A DNA stretch of 64,000 nt from Bacteroidetes bacterium CG2_30_33_31 (GCA_001872625.1 MNXP01000029.1:19109-83108), one strand, 5' to 3'. Shown: positions 1 to 9,908, counted from the stretch's first letter. A program made the numbers and translations. The notes: generated by a model not told the origin, from the letters alone.

Positions 1-1200
1 GATATAAGCATGACAAATTTGTACATAGGAATTTTTCCATTAATATTAGCAAGCATTTATCCTTTTTATAAAAAGAAAATCTGGTATTTAATGGTAATAG
101 CATTATTGTTTTTAGCAGTTTCATTTGGCAATAAATTATTGATTCATAGATATTTATTCGAATTCTTTCCGGGTTTTAATCTTTTTAGATTTCCAGCTTT
201 ATTCAGATTTTTCTTTATGTCAATTTTTATTGCTTTAGCTGCAGCGTCTTTAGATTACTTTGTCAAAAAGAATGACTTTAAATTATTGAAAAACATTGTT
301 TTCGCTATCATTATAATTTTGATTTCAGTTATTTTTTATTTAGCGTTTCAAATAGATTTTTCAAAGTTTAAAGGTTCAAGTTTATATAATTTTGTTGTCA
401 ACTTAAATATTTCCGAACGTATATTTTTTCAATCAATTTTACAACTTATAATTCTAATCTTTGGTTATATTATTTTAAAGATTAAAACATCAAAAAATAT
501 TCTGCTGCCTGCAATAATTATTGTTGATTTGCTGATTTCATTTCAAATTTATGCTCCATTTTCCTTATATCAGCATCATTCAAAAGTTGCTAACAACCAA
601 GAAGTTTTAGAAAAATATTCGAAGTCATTTTCTTTAAAAAGCAACGATAATATTTTCAAAAACTCCGTAGCAGACATTAGTATATATCCATTTGATAAAG
701 CTTTTAATGTGTACGAAAGTATGATTTCGTATAAGGGAAACTACTCATTTATTTTAAAAAACACCTCAACTCTTATGGATTCGTTTCCCGATTTATTCCA
801 TGAATCTATTAATGGTTCTGTAATTTCTTTTGCAACATTAGAAAAAATAGATGCTAATAAAAACAGCAAACACAAGTTTAAAAGAATCTCCACTGGAGAA
901 ATTCAACTGTCCAATTTTTCTCCAAATTCTTTACGCTTTAAAGTTAAAAATCACAAGAGCGGATATTTATTTCTTGTTCAAAATTATTACCCAGGCTGGA
1001 AAGTAAAAGTCAATGGTATTTCGAGAAAAATAATTTTGGCAAATACATCTTTTATGGCTGTTTTTCTTGCTGCTGGTGCAAATGATGTAGAGTTTTATTA
1101 TCAGCCAAAAGCAGTAATTATTGGATTTTATATTTCAGTGTTGACATTAATTTCAGTCATAATTTTCTTTATAATTTCGAGCCTGAAAGCCAAAAAATAA
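1..1200 (+). CDS. C-terminal part of a YfhO-like polytopic membrane protein (putative GT-C glycosyltransferase); the 5' end lies outside the window
   Basis: The frame is open from base 1, with no stop before the ATG at 10. Many hydrophobic segments are followed by a soluble domain with a YYPGWKVKVNG motif, as in YfhO-family proteins, and a final TM helix. Confidence 0.55.
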   Translation, partial: DISMTNLYIGIFPLILASIYPFYKKKIWYLMVIALLFLAVSFGNKLLIHRYLFEFFPGFNLFRFPALFRFFFMSIFIALAAASLDYFVKKNDFKLLKNIVFAIIIILISVIFYLAFQIDFSKFKGSSLYNFVVNLNISERIFFQSILQLIILIFGYIILKIKTSKNILLPAIIIVDLLISFQIYAPFSLYQHHSKVANNQEVLEKYSKSFSLKSNDNIFKNSVADISIYPFDKAFNVYESMISYKGNYSFILKNTSTLMDSFPDLFHESINGSVISFATLEKIDANKNSKHKFKRISTGEIQLSNFSPNSLRFKVKNHKSGYLFLVQNYYPGWKVKVNGISRKIILANTSFMAVFLAAGANDVEFYYQPKAVIIGFYISVLTLISVIIFFIISSLKAKK

Positions 1201-1248
1201 ATTAAAATCAAATACAATTTTACACAATCACTTAGCTGAAAAATTAAA

Positions 1249-1256
1249 TACCTTTG
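1249..1256 (+). promoter_or_regulatory. -7 box TACCTTTG (TAnnTTTG) upstream of the lutB-like gene
   Basis: Exact consensus match 31 nt before the ATG at 1288. Confidence 0.45.
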
Positions 1257-1287
1257 CAGGTCATAATTTATTAAATTATATCTCTTT

Positions 1288-2667
1288 ATGAGTGAGCTAA
1301 AGCAAAAATTTCTTTTGGATTCGGAAGCTAAAGCTTTTGATTTGGAACATCGTAAAAAACTGAAATTCAATATAGGACGTTACGACAGCGCTGTATTAAA
1401 TGGCAAAAAACAGTATATAAACCTTGAATTGGCAAAAGAAAGAGCCGCTAGAATAAAAAGAAATGTCATCAATAATATGGAGTCTTTTTTAACAGAATTT
1501 GAGAGCAATTTCTTAAAAAATGGAGGCAAAATCATTTGGGCAGAGACAGCTGAGGAAGCCGTGCGCGAGGTTCTAAATTTAATGAGGAAATACGACGCCC
1601 GCACAGTGGTGAAAAGTAAGTCAATGGTAACCGAAGAAATTGAACTCAACAAATATTTAAGTGCTTATGGTGTTGAGTCTTTGGAAACGGATTTGGGCGA
1701 ATATATTGTTCAACTCGATGGCGATAGACCCTATCATATTGTTACTCCAGCAATGCATAAAAGCAAGGAAGATGTGGCCGAACTTTTTCATAATAAATTT
1801 AATATAAAACCAAATTCCACACCTGAAGAAATAACTCTTTTCGTTCGCAAATTGCTGAGAGACAAATTTATAAAGGCGGATATTGGTATTACTGGCGCGA
1901 ATTTTTTGGTGGCAGATGTTGGAGGAATTGCCCTTACAGAAAATGAGGGAAACGGAGTTTTAACTATGTCGATGCCTAAAATTCATATTGCAATCACAGG
2001 TTACGAAAAAATCATTCCTTCAATAAAAGATTTAGACCTTTTCTGGTCACTTCTTTCTACTTATGGTACTGGACAGAAAATAACAGTTTACAATTCGCTA
2101 ATTACTGGACCACGAAAGCCAAACGAGAAAAATGGACCTGATGAAATGTACCTCATTTTAATAGATAATGGCCGTTCTAAAGTGCTTGAAAAAGATCCAC
2201 AAAAAGAAGCAATGGCTTGTATCAGATGTGGTGCATGCTTAAATGTTTGTCCAATTTATAAAAATATTGGAGGACATACTTACGAAACAGTTTATTCTGG
2301 ACCAATTGGTTCAGTAATTAGCCCATTTATGAAGGGCTTAGAAGAATATAATCACCTGAGTTTTGCCTGTACTTTATGCGGAAAATGTACTTGGGAATGT
2401 CCTGTAAAAATTCCATTACATAAACTTTTGCTCTACAATCGCCGCGATGCTGTGGCCGCAGGATACACCGAAAAATCTTTTTCATACATTATGAAAGCGT
2501 ATAAATTGGTGATGAACCACCGCTGGATTATTGAAAGCCTGCCACCTTCTGTAAAAAACTATGGGATTCAATCGACTTTCAAAAATTTATGGGGTCCACG
2601 GCGAGAACTTCCTGTGTTTGAGAAATCTTTTTATTCCAGATGGAAAGAGCAGGAAAAAGGTAAATAA
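1288..2667 (+). CDS. lutB: LutB/LldF-like iron-sulfur protein (LUD domain plus 2x[4Fe-4S] ferredoxin motifs)
   Basis: 459 aa. Two Cys clusters, CIRCGACLNVCP and CTLCGKCTWECP, follow an N-terminal LUD-like domain (VKSKSMVTEE, GITGANFLVADVG). No lutA or lutC is adjacent. Confidence 0.75.
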   Translation: MSELKQKFLLDSEAKAFDLEHRKKLKFNIGRYDSAVLNGKKQYINLELAKERAARIKRNVINNMESFLTEFESNFLKNGGKIIWAETAEEAVREVLNLMRKYDARTVVKSKSMVTEEIELNKYLSAYGVESLETDLGEYIVQLDGDRPYHIVTPAMHKSKEDVAELFHNKFNIKPNSTPEEITLFVRKLLRDKFIKADIGITGANFLVADVGGIALTENEGNGVLTMSMPKIHIAITGYEKIIPSIKDLDLFWSLLSTYGTGQKITVYNSLITGPRKPNEKNGPDEMYLILIDNGRSKVLEKDPQKEAMACIRCGACLNVCPIYKNIGGHTYETVYSGPIGSVISPFMKGLEEYNHLSFACTLCGKCTWECPVKIPLHKLLLYNRRDAVAAGYTEKSFSYIMKAYKLVMNHRWIIESLPPSVKNYGIQSTFKNLWGPRRELPVFEKSFYSRWKEQEKGK

Positions 2668-2816
2668 TTTAAGAAAATTGTGCCTTAACACTTTTTGGAT
2701 GTTGGTATATTTGAAAACAATAAAAGTAGAAAAAACCAATTATTTGTTTGACTATTTAGCACGTTTACAAATTATTAAAGTATTATTTTAGCTGAAATTT
2801 TAAAACAACAAGAATT

Positions 2817-5165
2817 ATGAAAAAATCTATAATATTTTTATTGATAATATTTTTTCAAATAAATATTTATGCTCAACATACTATTTCGGGTTATGTGCAT
2901 GAAAGCGGAAGCGGAGAGCTTCTTTTGGGAGTAAATATTTATTTGAAAGGCACTCAAATAGGAACAGTAAGCAACAATTACGGATTTTATTCTTTGACTT
3001 TGCCTACTGGCGAAGCTGAAGTTGTTTACTCTTATGTAGGTTATACTGTTTTAACAAAAAAGATTGATTTACAGAAAGATATAAATATAAATGTAGAATT
3101 GGAATCAAGTCTTGAGCTAAGAGGAATTGAAGTTGTTGCCGAAAAATCGGAAAGAATAAGCGATGAAGTTAGAATGAGCGTTGTCAAAGTTCCAATAAAA
3201 CAAGTTACCGAAATTCCAGCGCTTTTGGGCGAGAGAGATGTTTTCAAAGTACTACAACTTATGCCAGGAGTAAGATCTGGTGGTGAAGGAAATTCAGGAT
3301 TATATGTTCGTGGCGGTGGTCCCGATCAAAACCTAATAATTCTTGATGATGCCCCGGTTTATAATGCTTATCATTTGTTTGGATTTTTCTCGGTTTTCAA
3401 TGGCGATGCGCTAAAAAGTGTGGAGCTTGTTAAGGGCGGTTTCCCTGCCAGATACGGAGGAAGACTTTCATCGGTTTTAGATATTAATATGAAAGATGGT
3501 AATAATCAAGAGTTTGGCGGAGAGGGCAGCATTGGAATTATTTCCTCACGATTGATGTTAGAAGGCCCTCTTAAAAAGAAAAAATCCTCTTTTATCATTT
3601 CTGGCAGACGAACTTATATTGACGCACTATTAAGACCAATAATTAAAGCTGCACAAAATGGCGATTATTTTGGCTACTATTTTTATGACCTTAATGCCAA
3701 AGTTAATTATGAGATTAATGAAAAAAACCACCTATATCTTAGCACTTATTCGGGGAAAGATAAATTTTATGCTGGTTATTCAGATAGAAACATATCCGAA
3801 GAATTTGGCTTAGACTGGCAAAATATTACAGCTACAGCCCGCTGGAATCATCTTTACAATAATAAGCTTTTTGCAAATACTTCATTGATATACAGCAGAT
3901 ACAGATTTAAAGTTGGCGTTGGTTATAAAGATAAAACTTCAGGAGATAATTATAATTTAGCTTATTACTCTGGTATAGAAGATTTTGGATTAAAACATGA
4001 TTTTACTTATGTGCCCAACTCCAAACATTTTGTTAGGTTCGGTGCCAATATTACACATCATCTTTTTACACCAAGCGCCATTGTTATAAAAGGTAGCGGA
4101 TTACCAACAGATTTAGAGTCTCATGCAAAAAAAATAAATAGTTTAGAATCAGCCGTTTATATAGAAGATGAAATTAAGCTCAACGACAAATCAAAATTAA
4201 ATGCTGGCTTACGATTAAGCGATTTTGGTGTAGAAAAGAGAAATTATTTTGGATTAGAGCCACGCATATTATATTCATATATGATAAACGAAAACTTATC
4301 TTTCAAAGCAGCCTATACCTATATGAATCAATATATTCATCTATTATCCACCACAGGAATAAGTTTGCCAATAGATTTATGGGTGCCGGCAACAAATATT
4401 GTAGGTCCCAAAAAGTCGCATCAAGGAGTTATTGGGTTAGCTAAGGATTTCAACAAACCCGCATTTTCTATTTCGTTGGAAGCGTATTATAAAACTATGG
4501 ATAATATAATTGCCTATAAAGACGGTGCAAGCTTTTTGTCGATTAGTAGTTTCGACCAAAATACAGAGTTTAACTATGAAGATGCCGTAACTGTTGGCAA
4601 CGGAAAATCTTATGGTGCAGAATTATTAGTTCAGCGCAAATTTGGTAAACTTACAGGTTGGGTGGGATATACTCTTAGCTGGACAAAATATAAATTCGCC
4701 GATATTAATTTTGGCAAAGAATTTTATGCACGTCACGACCGCCGGAATGATGTTTCGGTAGTGGTAATTTATAATCCTGGCGAAAAAATTACCTTTAGTG
4801 GAACATGGGTTTATGGCTCTGGTGATGCAATTACTCTACAAAGAGCATCTTATTCTGGCATTACTCATGATATTTTTGGCACAGGAACGTATACAAATTC
4901 AGTATATGATTATGGTGATAAAAATGATTTCAGAATGGCACCATATCATCGTCTCGATTTAGGCGTGCAATTTCATAAAACTTTAAAATGGGGAGGCCTC
5001 AGAACTATTGAAGTTTCTGTTTATAATGCTTATAATAGAGCAAATCCATTTTTCTATTATATCGGCGAAGATTACAACCAAACTACTCAAACTTCAAAAA
5101 CTGTACTGAAGCAAGTATCATTATTTCCATTTATTCCTAGTATTTCCTATTATCTAAAATTTTAA
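2817..5165 (+). CDS. TonB-dependent outer-membrane receptor with an N-terminal carboxypeptidase-regulatory-like domain
   Basis: Signal peptide, then ISGYV..ESGE.L.GVNIY (CarboxypepD_reg-like). Plug motifs are present (DVFKVLQLMPGV, GLYVRGGGPDQNLIILDDAPVYN). A long beta-barrel ends in an aromatic residue (YYLKF). Confidence 0.85.
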   Translation: MKKSIIFLLIIFFQINIYAQHTISGYVHESGSGELLLGVNIYLKGTQIGTVSNNYGFYSLTLPTGEAEVVYSYVGYTVLTKKIDLQKDININVELESSLELRGIEVVAEKSERISDEVRMSVVKVPIKQVTEIPALLGERDVFKVLQLMPGVRSGGEGNSGLYVRGGGPDQNLIILDDAPVYNAYHLFGFFSVFNGDALKSVELVKGGFPARYGGRLSSVLDINMKDGNNQEFGGEGSIGIISSRLMLEGPLKKKKSSFIISGRRTYIDALLRPIIKAAQNGDYFGYYFYDLNAKVNYEINEKNHLYLSTYSGKDKFYAGYSDRNISEEFGLDWQNITATARWNHLYNNKLFANTSLIYSRYRFKVGVGYKDKTSGDNYNLAYYSGIEDFGLKHDFTYVPNSKHFVRFGANITHHLFTPSAIVIKGSGLPTDLESHAKKINSLESAVYIEDEIKLNDKSKLNAGLRLSDFGVEKRNYFGLEPRILYSYMINENLSFKAAYTYMNQYIHLLSTTGISLPIDLWVPATNIVGPKKSHQGVIGLAKDFNKPAFSISLEAYYKTMDNIIAYKDGASFLSISSFDQNTEFNYEDAVTVGNGKSYGAELLVQRKFGKLTGWVGYTLSWTKYKFADINFGKEFYARHDRRNDVSVVVIYNPGEKITFSGTWVYGSGDAITLQRASYSGITHDIFGTGTYTNSVYDYGDKNDFRMAPYHRLDLGVQFHKTLKWGGLRTIEVSVYNAYNRANPFFYYIGEDYNQTTQTSKTVLKQVSLFPFIPSISYYLKF

Positions 5166-5170
5166 TTCTC

Positions 5171-6019
5171 ATGAAAAAAATATTATCCTTAATTTCAATT
5201 TTTACAATTTTTCTTGTTTCTTGCGAGAAAACTGTAAATAATGTCAATGTTCCTAATAATACACCAAAGCTTGTTTGCCAAGCCTTTATTAGTCCAAATG
5301 AATCAATACTGAAGCTCTATTTAACTTGGTCAAAACCGCTGTTTGGCAATTCATCTACTTTTGGATTTACACCCGAGAAAAATGCAAAAGTGGTGATTTC
5401 TAATAATAACAAACAAACACAATTGGTTTATTATGAAGATGTTAACAAGCAAATATTTTACTATTGGACAAACACATCAAGTTTGGATATAAAGCCCAAT
5501 GATGAGTTGAAACTTGAAGTTACAGCTGCAAATGGAGATGTGATAAGCTCGCAAACTATTGTTCCAGAAATGGCAAAGTTTACTTTAAAAATAGAATTAA
5601 TTGATTCCGTAGCAGATAATTGGGCATTCACGGGTTATAGCTACTCTTACACCTTAGGTATCACATCAAATAACACTTATGGTGATAGTTATTATTGTAT
5701 TGCTGCTCTTGGTTACGTTTCAATTAATGGACTTGATAGCAATGTTATATTTGAGAAAAACAATTATGGAAACGCTTATTATAAATTTGCTCCAGGAGAA
5801 ACTAAAATAATAACGCTTACTAATTATATTCCTGTCGATTCTATTAAGCTTTATGTGTTGAACACTGATGCGCCTTACTATTTTTATCATAAGTCGGTAA
5901 ATAATTTTAGCGGAGATAATCCTTTTGCAGAGCCTGTAATTATTTATTCGAATATAAAAAATGGCTTGGGTGTATTTTCTTCATACAATAAAACTCAGAA
6001 AGTAATAAAACTTAAATAA
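5171..6019 (+). CDS. DUF4249-like lipoprotein, the usual partner of this receptor class
   Basis: Starts 5 nt after the receptor stop. Lipoprotein signal (IFLVSCEK). The size and the position directly downstream of a CarboxypepD_reg-TBDR fit the Bacteroidota DUF4249 pairing. The family name is from memory. Confidence 0.55.
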   Translation: MKKILSLISIFTIFLVSCEKTVNNVNVPNNTPKLVCQAFISPNESILKLYLTWSKPLFGNSSTFGFTPEKNAKVVISNNNKQTQLVYYEDVNKQIFYYWTNTSSLDIKPNDELKLEVTAANGDVISSQTIVPEMAKFTLKIELIDSVADNWAFTGYSYSYTLGITSNNTYGDSYYCIAALGYVSINGLDSNVIFEKNNYGNAYYKFAPGETKIITLTNYIPVDSIKLYVLNTDAPYYFYHKSVNNFSGDNPFAEPVIIYSNIKNGLGVFSSYNKTQKVIKLK

Positions 6020-6044
6020 AAAAACCTGAAACATTTGCTTCAGG
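6018..6044 (-). terminator. Weak terminator between convergent DUF4249-like and adhesin-like genes
   Basis: CCTGAA-N8-TTCAGG hairpin (6025-6044). On the minus strand it is followed by a U7 run (the complement of A7 at 6018-6024). Confidence 0.4.
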
Positions 6045-6090
6045 CTTGGTGAAATAATATGGGTTTTATTATAGTTTAAAACTCTAACTA

Positions 6091-7581
6091 TTAACTAAAT
6101 GGCATTATCAATCCTATACTGAAAGGATAAAGCTCTGGACCTTTGCCAGCACGAAACATCTGCACCAAAGAATAATTGGCATACAAATTTAATGGACCCC
6201 AGCCGATTCTGGCTGTTGCATCTAAACTAAAAGGTTGAAGATAAAAATCATCAAAAACTTTAGGTTTGTTTTTTCCAGATCCATCGGAGTAGTAAAGTTG
6301 TTTTGTATGTGAAGAAAGTCGCACTCCGCCAATTACACCAGCACCCACATGAAAACTATTTGAATTATGTTTTGAGTTTGTTTGAAATTCAAATATCAAA
6401 GGTACAACAAGATACAAGGATGTCAATTTGCTTTTGGTGTATGTTCTACCCGCAGTTAAATCATAAATGCCATTAATGGTTGCCGAATCAGAATTAAGAA
6501 TAGTATTTTTTGAATTAAATTGATAGTTATTCCACTTAAGTCCCATTCCAGTAACTAATCCGAATTTATTTCCAATTAGGTTCACACTCTGTTGGAAGAA
6601 ATTGAAATTGAAGTTGGTAGATTTTGGGTAATTAAGTTCAAGAAACTGGTATCCTGTGGGCATATTTAAGTCAAAATTTCTTGTTGCGAAACCATTTATT
6701 CCTAACTCCAAGCCACTCCAATTGCCACTAAATTTTTGTTTTTGTTTTGCTTTGGTGGGTTCAATTTTTCTTTTTAGAACTCTTGTATTTTCGCCATCTT
6801 CAATAACTATAAGCTCGTTATTATTGAATTTTATTTTTACTGTATCCTTGCCATTTTCAACCGAAAAATCTTTACCATCAGCATCAATCCAGGTTGTTTG
6901 AACTTCCGAGGTGGCTGTACCATCAGCATCAATTTCCTTATGGGCTGGCTCTTTTGAGAATTTTATTGAGCTTGCTCCGCTAATGCTTGCCACAATAGTT
7001 GAGTCAGTATTCAGTTGAGCATCACTTGCCCCGCTGGCATTTATTTTGGCATAAGTGTTATTAAGTTCAAATGCTTTCAAATCGCTTGCCCCAGAAATAT
7101 TTGCAATAAGAGAATCAACTTTTCCAACAAGAGTAATATCACTCGCTCCGCTTGATTTTATTTTTGCCAAGTTATAATTAAGATTCAATTGAATATCCGA
7201 TGCACCCGAATTTTCTATGAAAATAATTTTGCCCGATAAAATATCCTTGTTGGTAATGTCGGATGCTCCATTTGCTGTGAGTGAGTTAAATTCGTGAGCA
7301 AAAACAAAAAGTACTGCATCTTCATCAATTCTGCCGTTATTGCTAATAAAAAGCACATTATTTTTAACATACATTTTTAGCTTTGTAATATCAGCAGATG
7401 ATGGAATTAGGCGTACATAATTTGAATCGCTTTGAATTAGAAGAATTTTGACTCCTGCGGAAGTTTTTACGCCAGAAAAGTTTTCTTCGAAGTTTATTTC
7501 GTTTGACTGAGAAAAAACACTGGAGTTTTCGAAGAGCAAGAAAATTAAAAATCCTGCTACAACTAACTTTAATTTATTCAT
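6091..7581 (-). CDS. Secreted protein: DUF2807-like (adhesin head GIN type) repeat domain fused to a C-terminal outer-membrane beta-barrel
   Basis: Signal peptide. Six to seven SGASD(I/L/A) repeats occur every ~19-22 aa. The C-terminal ~210 aa show alternating aromatic/Gly beta-strand patterning (GAGVIGGVRLS, ARIGWGPLNLYANYSL). Confidence 0.55.
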   Translation of the reverse strand: MNKLKLVVAGFLIFLLFENSSVFSQSNEINFEENFSGVKTSAGVKILLIQSDSNYVRLIPSSADITKLKMYVKNNVLFISNNGRIDEDAVLFVFAHEFNSLTANGASDITNKDILSGKIIFIENSGASDIQLNLNYNLAKIKSSGASDITLVGKVDSLIANISGASDLKAFELNNTYAKINASGASDAQLNTDSTIVASISGASSIKFSKEPAHKEIDADGTATSEVQTTWIDADGKDFSVENGKDTVKIKFNNNELIVIEDGENTRVLKRKIEPTKAKQKQKFSGNWSGLELGINGFATRNFDLNMPTGYQFLELNYPKSTNFNFNFFQQSVNLIGNKFGLVTGMGLKWNNYQFNSKNTILNSDSATINGIYDLTAGRTYTKSKLTSLYLVVPLIFEFQTNSKHNSNSFHVGAGVIGGVRLSSHTKQLYYSDGSGKNKPKVFDDFYLQPFSLDATARIGWGPLNLYANYSLVQMFRAGKGPELYPFSIGLIMPFS

Positions 7582-7661
7582 AATTTAACATTTAAAAATT
7601 TATTGATATGGCTCTATGACGCGGTCTTATATTTTTATGTTACAAAAGAAAGGTTTTAAAA

Positions 7662-7973
7662 AGATTGGTTGGAGATTGAAGAAAAGATTGGTTGGAAGAA
7701 GATTGATGAAAGATTGGTTGGAGATTGATGAAAAGATTGGTTGGAGATTGATGAAAAGATTGGTTGGAGATTGATGAAAGATTGGTTGGAGATTGAAGAA
7801 AAGATTGGTTGGAGATTGAAGAAAAGATTGGTTGGGAAAGATTAATGAAAGATTGGTTGGAGATTGATGAAAGATTGGTTGAAAAAGATTGATGAAAGAT
7901 TGGTTGAAGATTGATGAAAGATTGGATGAAGATTGAAAAAAAGATTGGATGAAGATTGAAAAAAAGATTGGTT
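7662..7973. repeat. Imperfect tandem array: 13 full units of 22-26 bp plus one partial unit, consensus AGATTGGTTGG-AGATTGATGAA(A)
   Basis: Counted by eye. There are 27 AGATT(G) cores spaced 11-12 bp apart. Unit length varies, so no reading frame is kept, and no ORF of 60 aa or more crosses it. The last unit overlaps the flippase stop codon at 7972-7974. Confidence 0.95.
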
Positions 7974-9450
7974 ATTCCTCAGTTTTTAAAATTGAAAAGA
8001 AGAGTCGTAAATTTAAGAGTTTTAAAACTAAGGCTACAAAGATTACTAAAATCGCCATTATTGCAAGTTGCCAATGCCATTGCACATTTATATAATTTGA
8101 AAAGAAGGCAGAAATTATTGTGAGAATTATAAATATAAAAAGTCGCATAAGGTACGAGCTTTCAAATTTTATTTTCAATAGTTTAAAGGCTAAATAAATT
8201 TGAAGCAGAGCAGTAATCCATTGAGCTGAAAGAGCCGCCCAAGCAGAACCTGGCGAGGAATATTTTGGGATTAGCCAAAAGTTTAAAACCAAAGAAATAA
8301 TTACTCCCACAAAAGCTACTTTATTTAATTTTGATAGCGAACCATTGGCAGTTAAAAGTGTTCCAAAAATGTATGTAAATGATGTGGCAATGTAGGTGAA
8401 CATTAGGATGACAAGCACTTTGGTGCTAAGTTGCGTGCGAGCTAAATATTGCGAAGCGCTTTCTTCTGCGTATGGATGATAAAGATAATTCATAATATTT
8501 TCACCATAAAAAGTAGCGGCTATGGCCATTCCAACAGAAACTATAAATAATAGAGTAAAAGGAAGTTTTATCATTTGGTTCAAATCCTTTTTTTGCTTTA
8601 TCATTTTCGAAAAAATAGGCAGTAGAAGAGCCGCAAAAAGAACTCCCGACATATTATTTGCCACGTCGAAAAGTCGAAAAGCTGAAGCGTAAATTCCAGC
8701 TTGAACGGCTCCATCAGGAAGGATACGCTCGATCAAAAAAGAATCAATGCGGCTGTACATACTCATTAAGAAGACAAGAACAGCATAAGGCCAACTCTTT
8801 TTTATCACCATGCTAAAAAATGCTGGGTTCCAATTTAATTTCAGATTTACGGTCTTGTTTATCACAATAAAAAATGCAATAAGTGCCGTAAGGCAATAAG
8901 CTAAAGTTTGCGCGTAAATAAACCACTTTATTGTAAATCTAAAGTTAGGTATGTTTCCCCATAAAAGGACGCTGCAAATAAGAATCATAAAAAGTCGGTC
9001 GAGCACCGAAAGCATACTATCAACTTTAAAAAGTAAAAGCGCCGAAATATTGCTTCGAAGGTATAAAATTAAAGCCAATAGGAATTGATTGATGCCAATA
9101 ATAAATAGAAACCAAAGTTGACGTGTTTGATAGCCAATAAGATAACCAATGCTCATAATTGTGAGCATATAAATTATGGCAAAAAGAAAACGCATGATTA
9201 TTATGGCAGAAAAATGTTTTGTAAGGAGATGTGTATTTTGGGCGATATTTCTATTGTTGAAATTGGTGATGCCCATATCAAGAAACATTTGCAAAATAAA
9301 AGTGAAGTTAAATATAGCGAAGTAAAAACCATACTCAGCAGGACCAACAACATTTTGAACCGTTCTATCAATTCCCAAAACCCAAAAAGGTTTTATCAGA
9401 AAATTGAGAGATAATAATAAAATAATATTTGTAATGAATTTTCTTCTCAT
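7972..9450 (-). CDS. Wzx-like oligosaccharide/polysaccharide flippase (MOP superfamily)
   Basis: 492 aa with roughly 12-14 hydrophobic helices. The N-terminal pattern (NIILLLSLNFLIKPFWVLGIDRTVQN) and overall layout are typical of polysaccharide biosynthesis/flippase proteins. Confidence 0.7.
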   Translation of the reverse strand: MRRKFITNIILLLSLNFLIKPFWVLGIDRTVQNVVGPAEYGFYFAIFNFTFILQMFLDMGITNFNNRNIAQNTHLLTKHFSAIIIMRFLFAIIYMLTIMSIGYLIGYQTRQLWFLFIIGINQFLLALILYLRSNISALLLFKVDSMLSVLDRLFMILICSVLLWGNIPNFRFTIKWFIYAQTLAYCLTALIAFFIVINKTVNLKLNWNPAFFSMVIKKSWPYAVLVFLMSMYSRIDSFLIERILPDGAVQAGIYASAFRLFDVANNMSGVLFAALLLPIFSKMIKQKKDLNQMIKLPFTLLFIVSVGMAIAATFYGENIMNYLYHPYAEESASQYLARTQLSTKVLVILMFTYIATSFTYIFGTLLTANGSLSKLNKVAFVGVIISLVLNFWLIPKYSSPGSAWAALSAQWITALLQIYLAFKLLKIKFESSYLMRLFIFIILTIISAFFSNYINVQWHWQLAIMAILVIFVALVLKLLNLRLFFSILKTEE

Positions 9451-9468
9451 GCAGTTTTAATGTACGAG

Positions 9469-9476
9469 CAAAGGTA
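9469..9476 (-). promoter_or_regulatory. -7 box TACCTTTG upstream of the flippase
   Basis: Exact match on the minus strand 18 nt before the ATG at 9450. Confidence 0.45.
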
Positions 9477-9517
9477 ATAAATTCTCGGATTGATAAATTT
9501 ACAACTCGTCAACAGAG

Positions 9518-9778
9518 TTATTTTGCATCGTACCAAGGACGACGTTTGAAATCTTTTTTCTTTTTGATATAATATGGTGATTCTACAGAAATGGTTTTCT
9601 TTCTCAGTTTCCTTTGGTATTCACCTTTATATCTACTTTTCTTCATAGTGCCAGCTCTTCTCTTTTTCACCATGTGCTTGTAGCGCGTCCTGCGACATGC
9701 CGAAAACATAAGTGTGCCAAAGATGACTAACACCAAAAAAATCGAAACCCGCTTAATTGTAATTATTTTAAAGCTCAT
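9518..9778 (-). CDS. Small membrane-anchored, very basic (Lys/Arg-rich) protein of unknown function
   Basis: 86 aa. One N-terminal TM helix (VSIFLVLVIFGTLMF) is followed by a K/R-rich tail. No recognisable family. Confidence 0.4.
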   Translation of the reverse strand: MSFKIITIKRVSIFLVLVIFGTLMFSACRRTRYKHMVKKRRAGTMKKSRYKGEYQRKLRKKTISVESPYYIKKKKDFKRRPWYDAK

Positions 9779-9900
9779 TATTGAGTTGATTCGACAAATA
9801 ATTTGTAAAACTAAGACAATTTTTCAAATACCACGTAAGTAATTGTTGAATTTTAGGCGAAACGAGAAAATACTTCTTAAGGTTACAAATAATTTTATCC

Positions 9901-9908
9901 TATTTTTG
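9901..9908 (+). promoter_or_regulatory. -7 box TATTTTTG upstream of the T9SS beta-helix / M23 operon
   Basis: Exact match 25 nt before the ATG at 9934. Confidence 0.45.

Noticed and set aside
7662-7973. The tandem array as a CRISPR array or as a repetitive coding region
   Set aside because: There are no unique spacers between the repeats (units abut directly) and no cas genes, so it is not CRISPR. Unit length varies between 22 and 26 bp and stops occur in all frames, so it is not coding.
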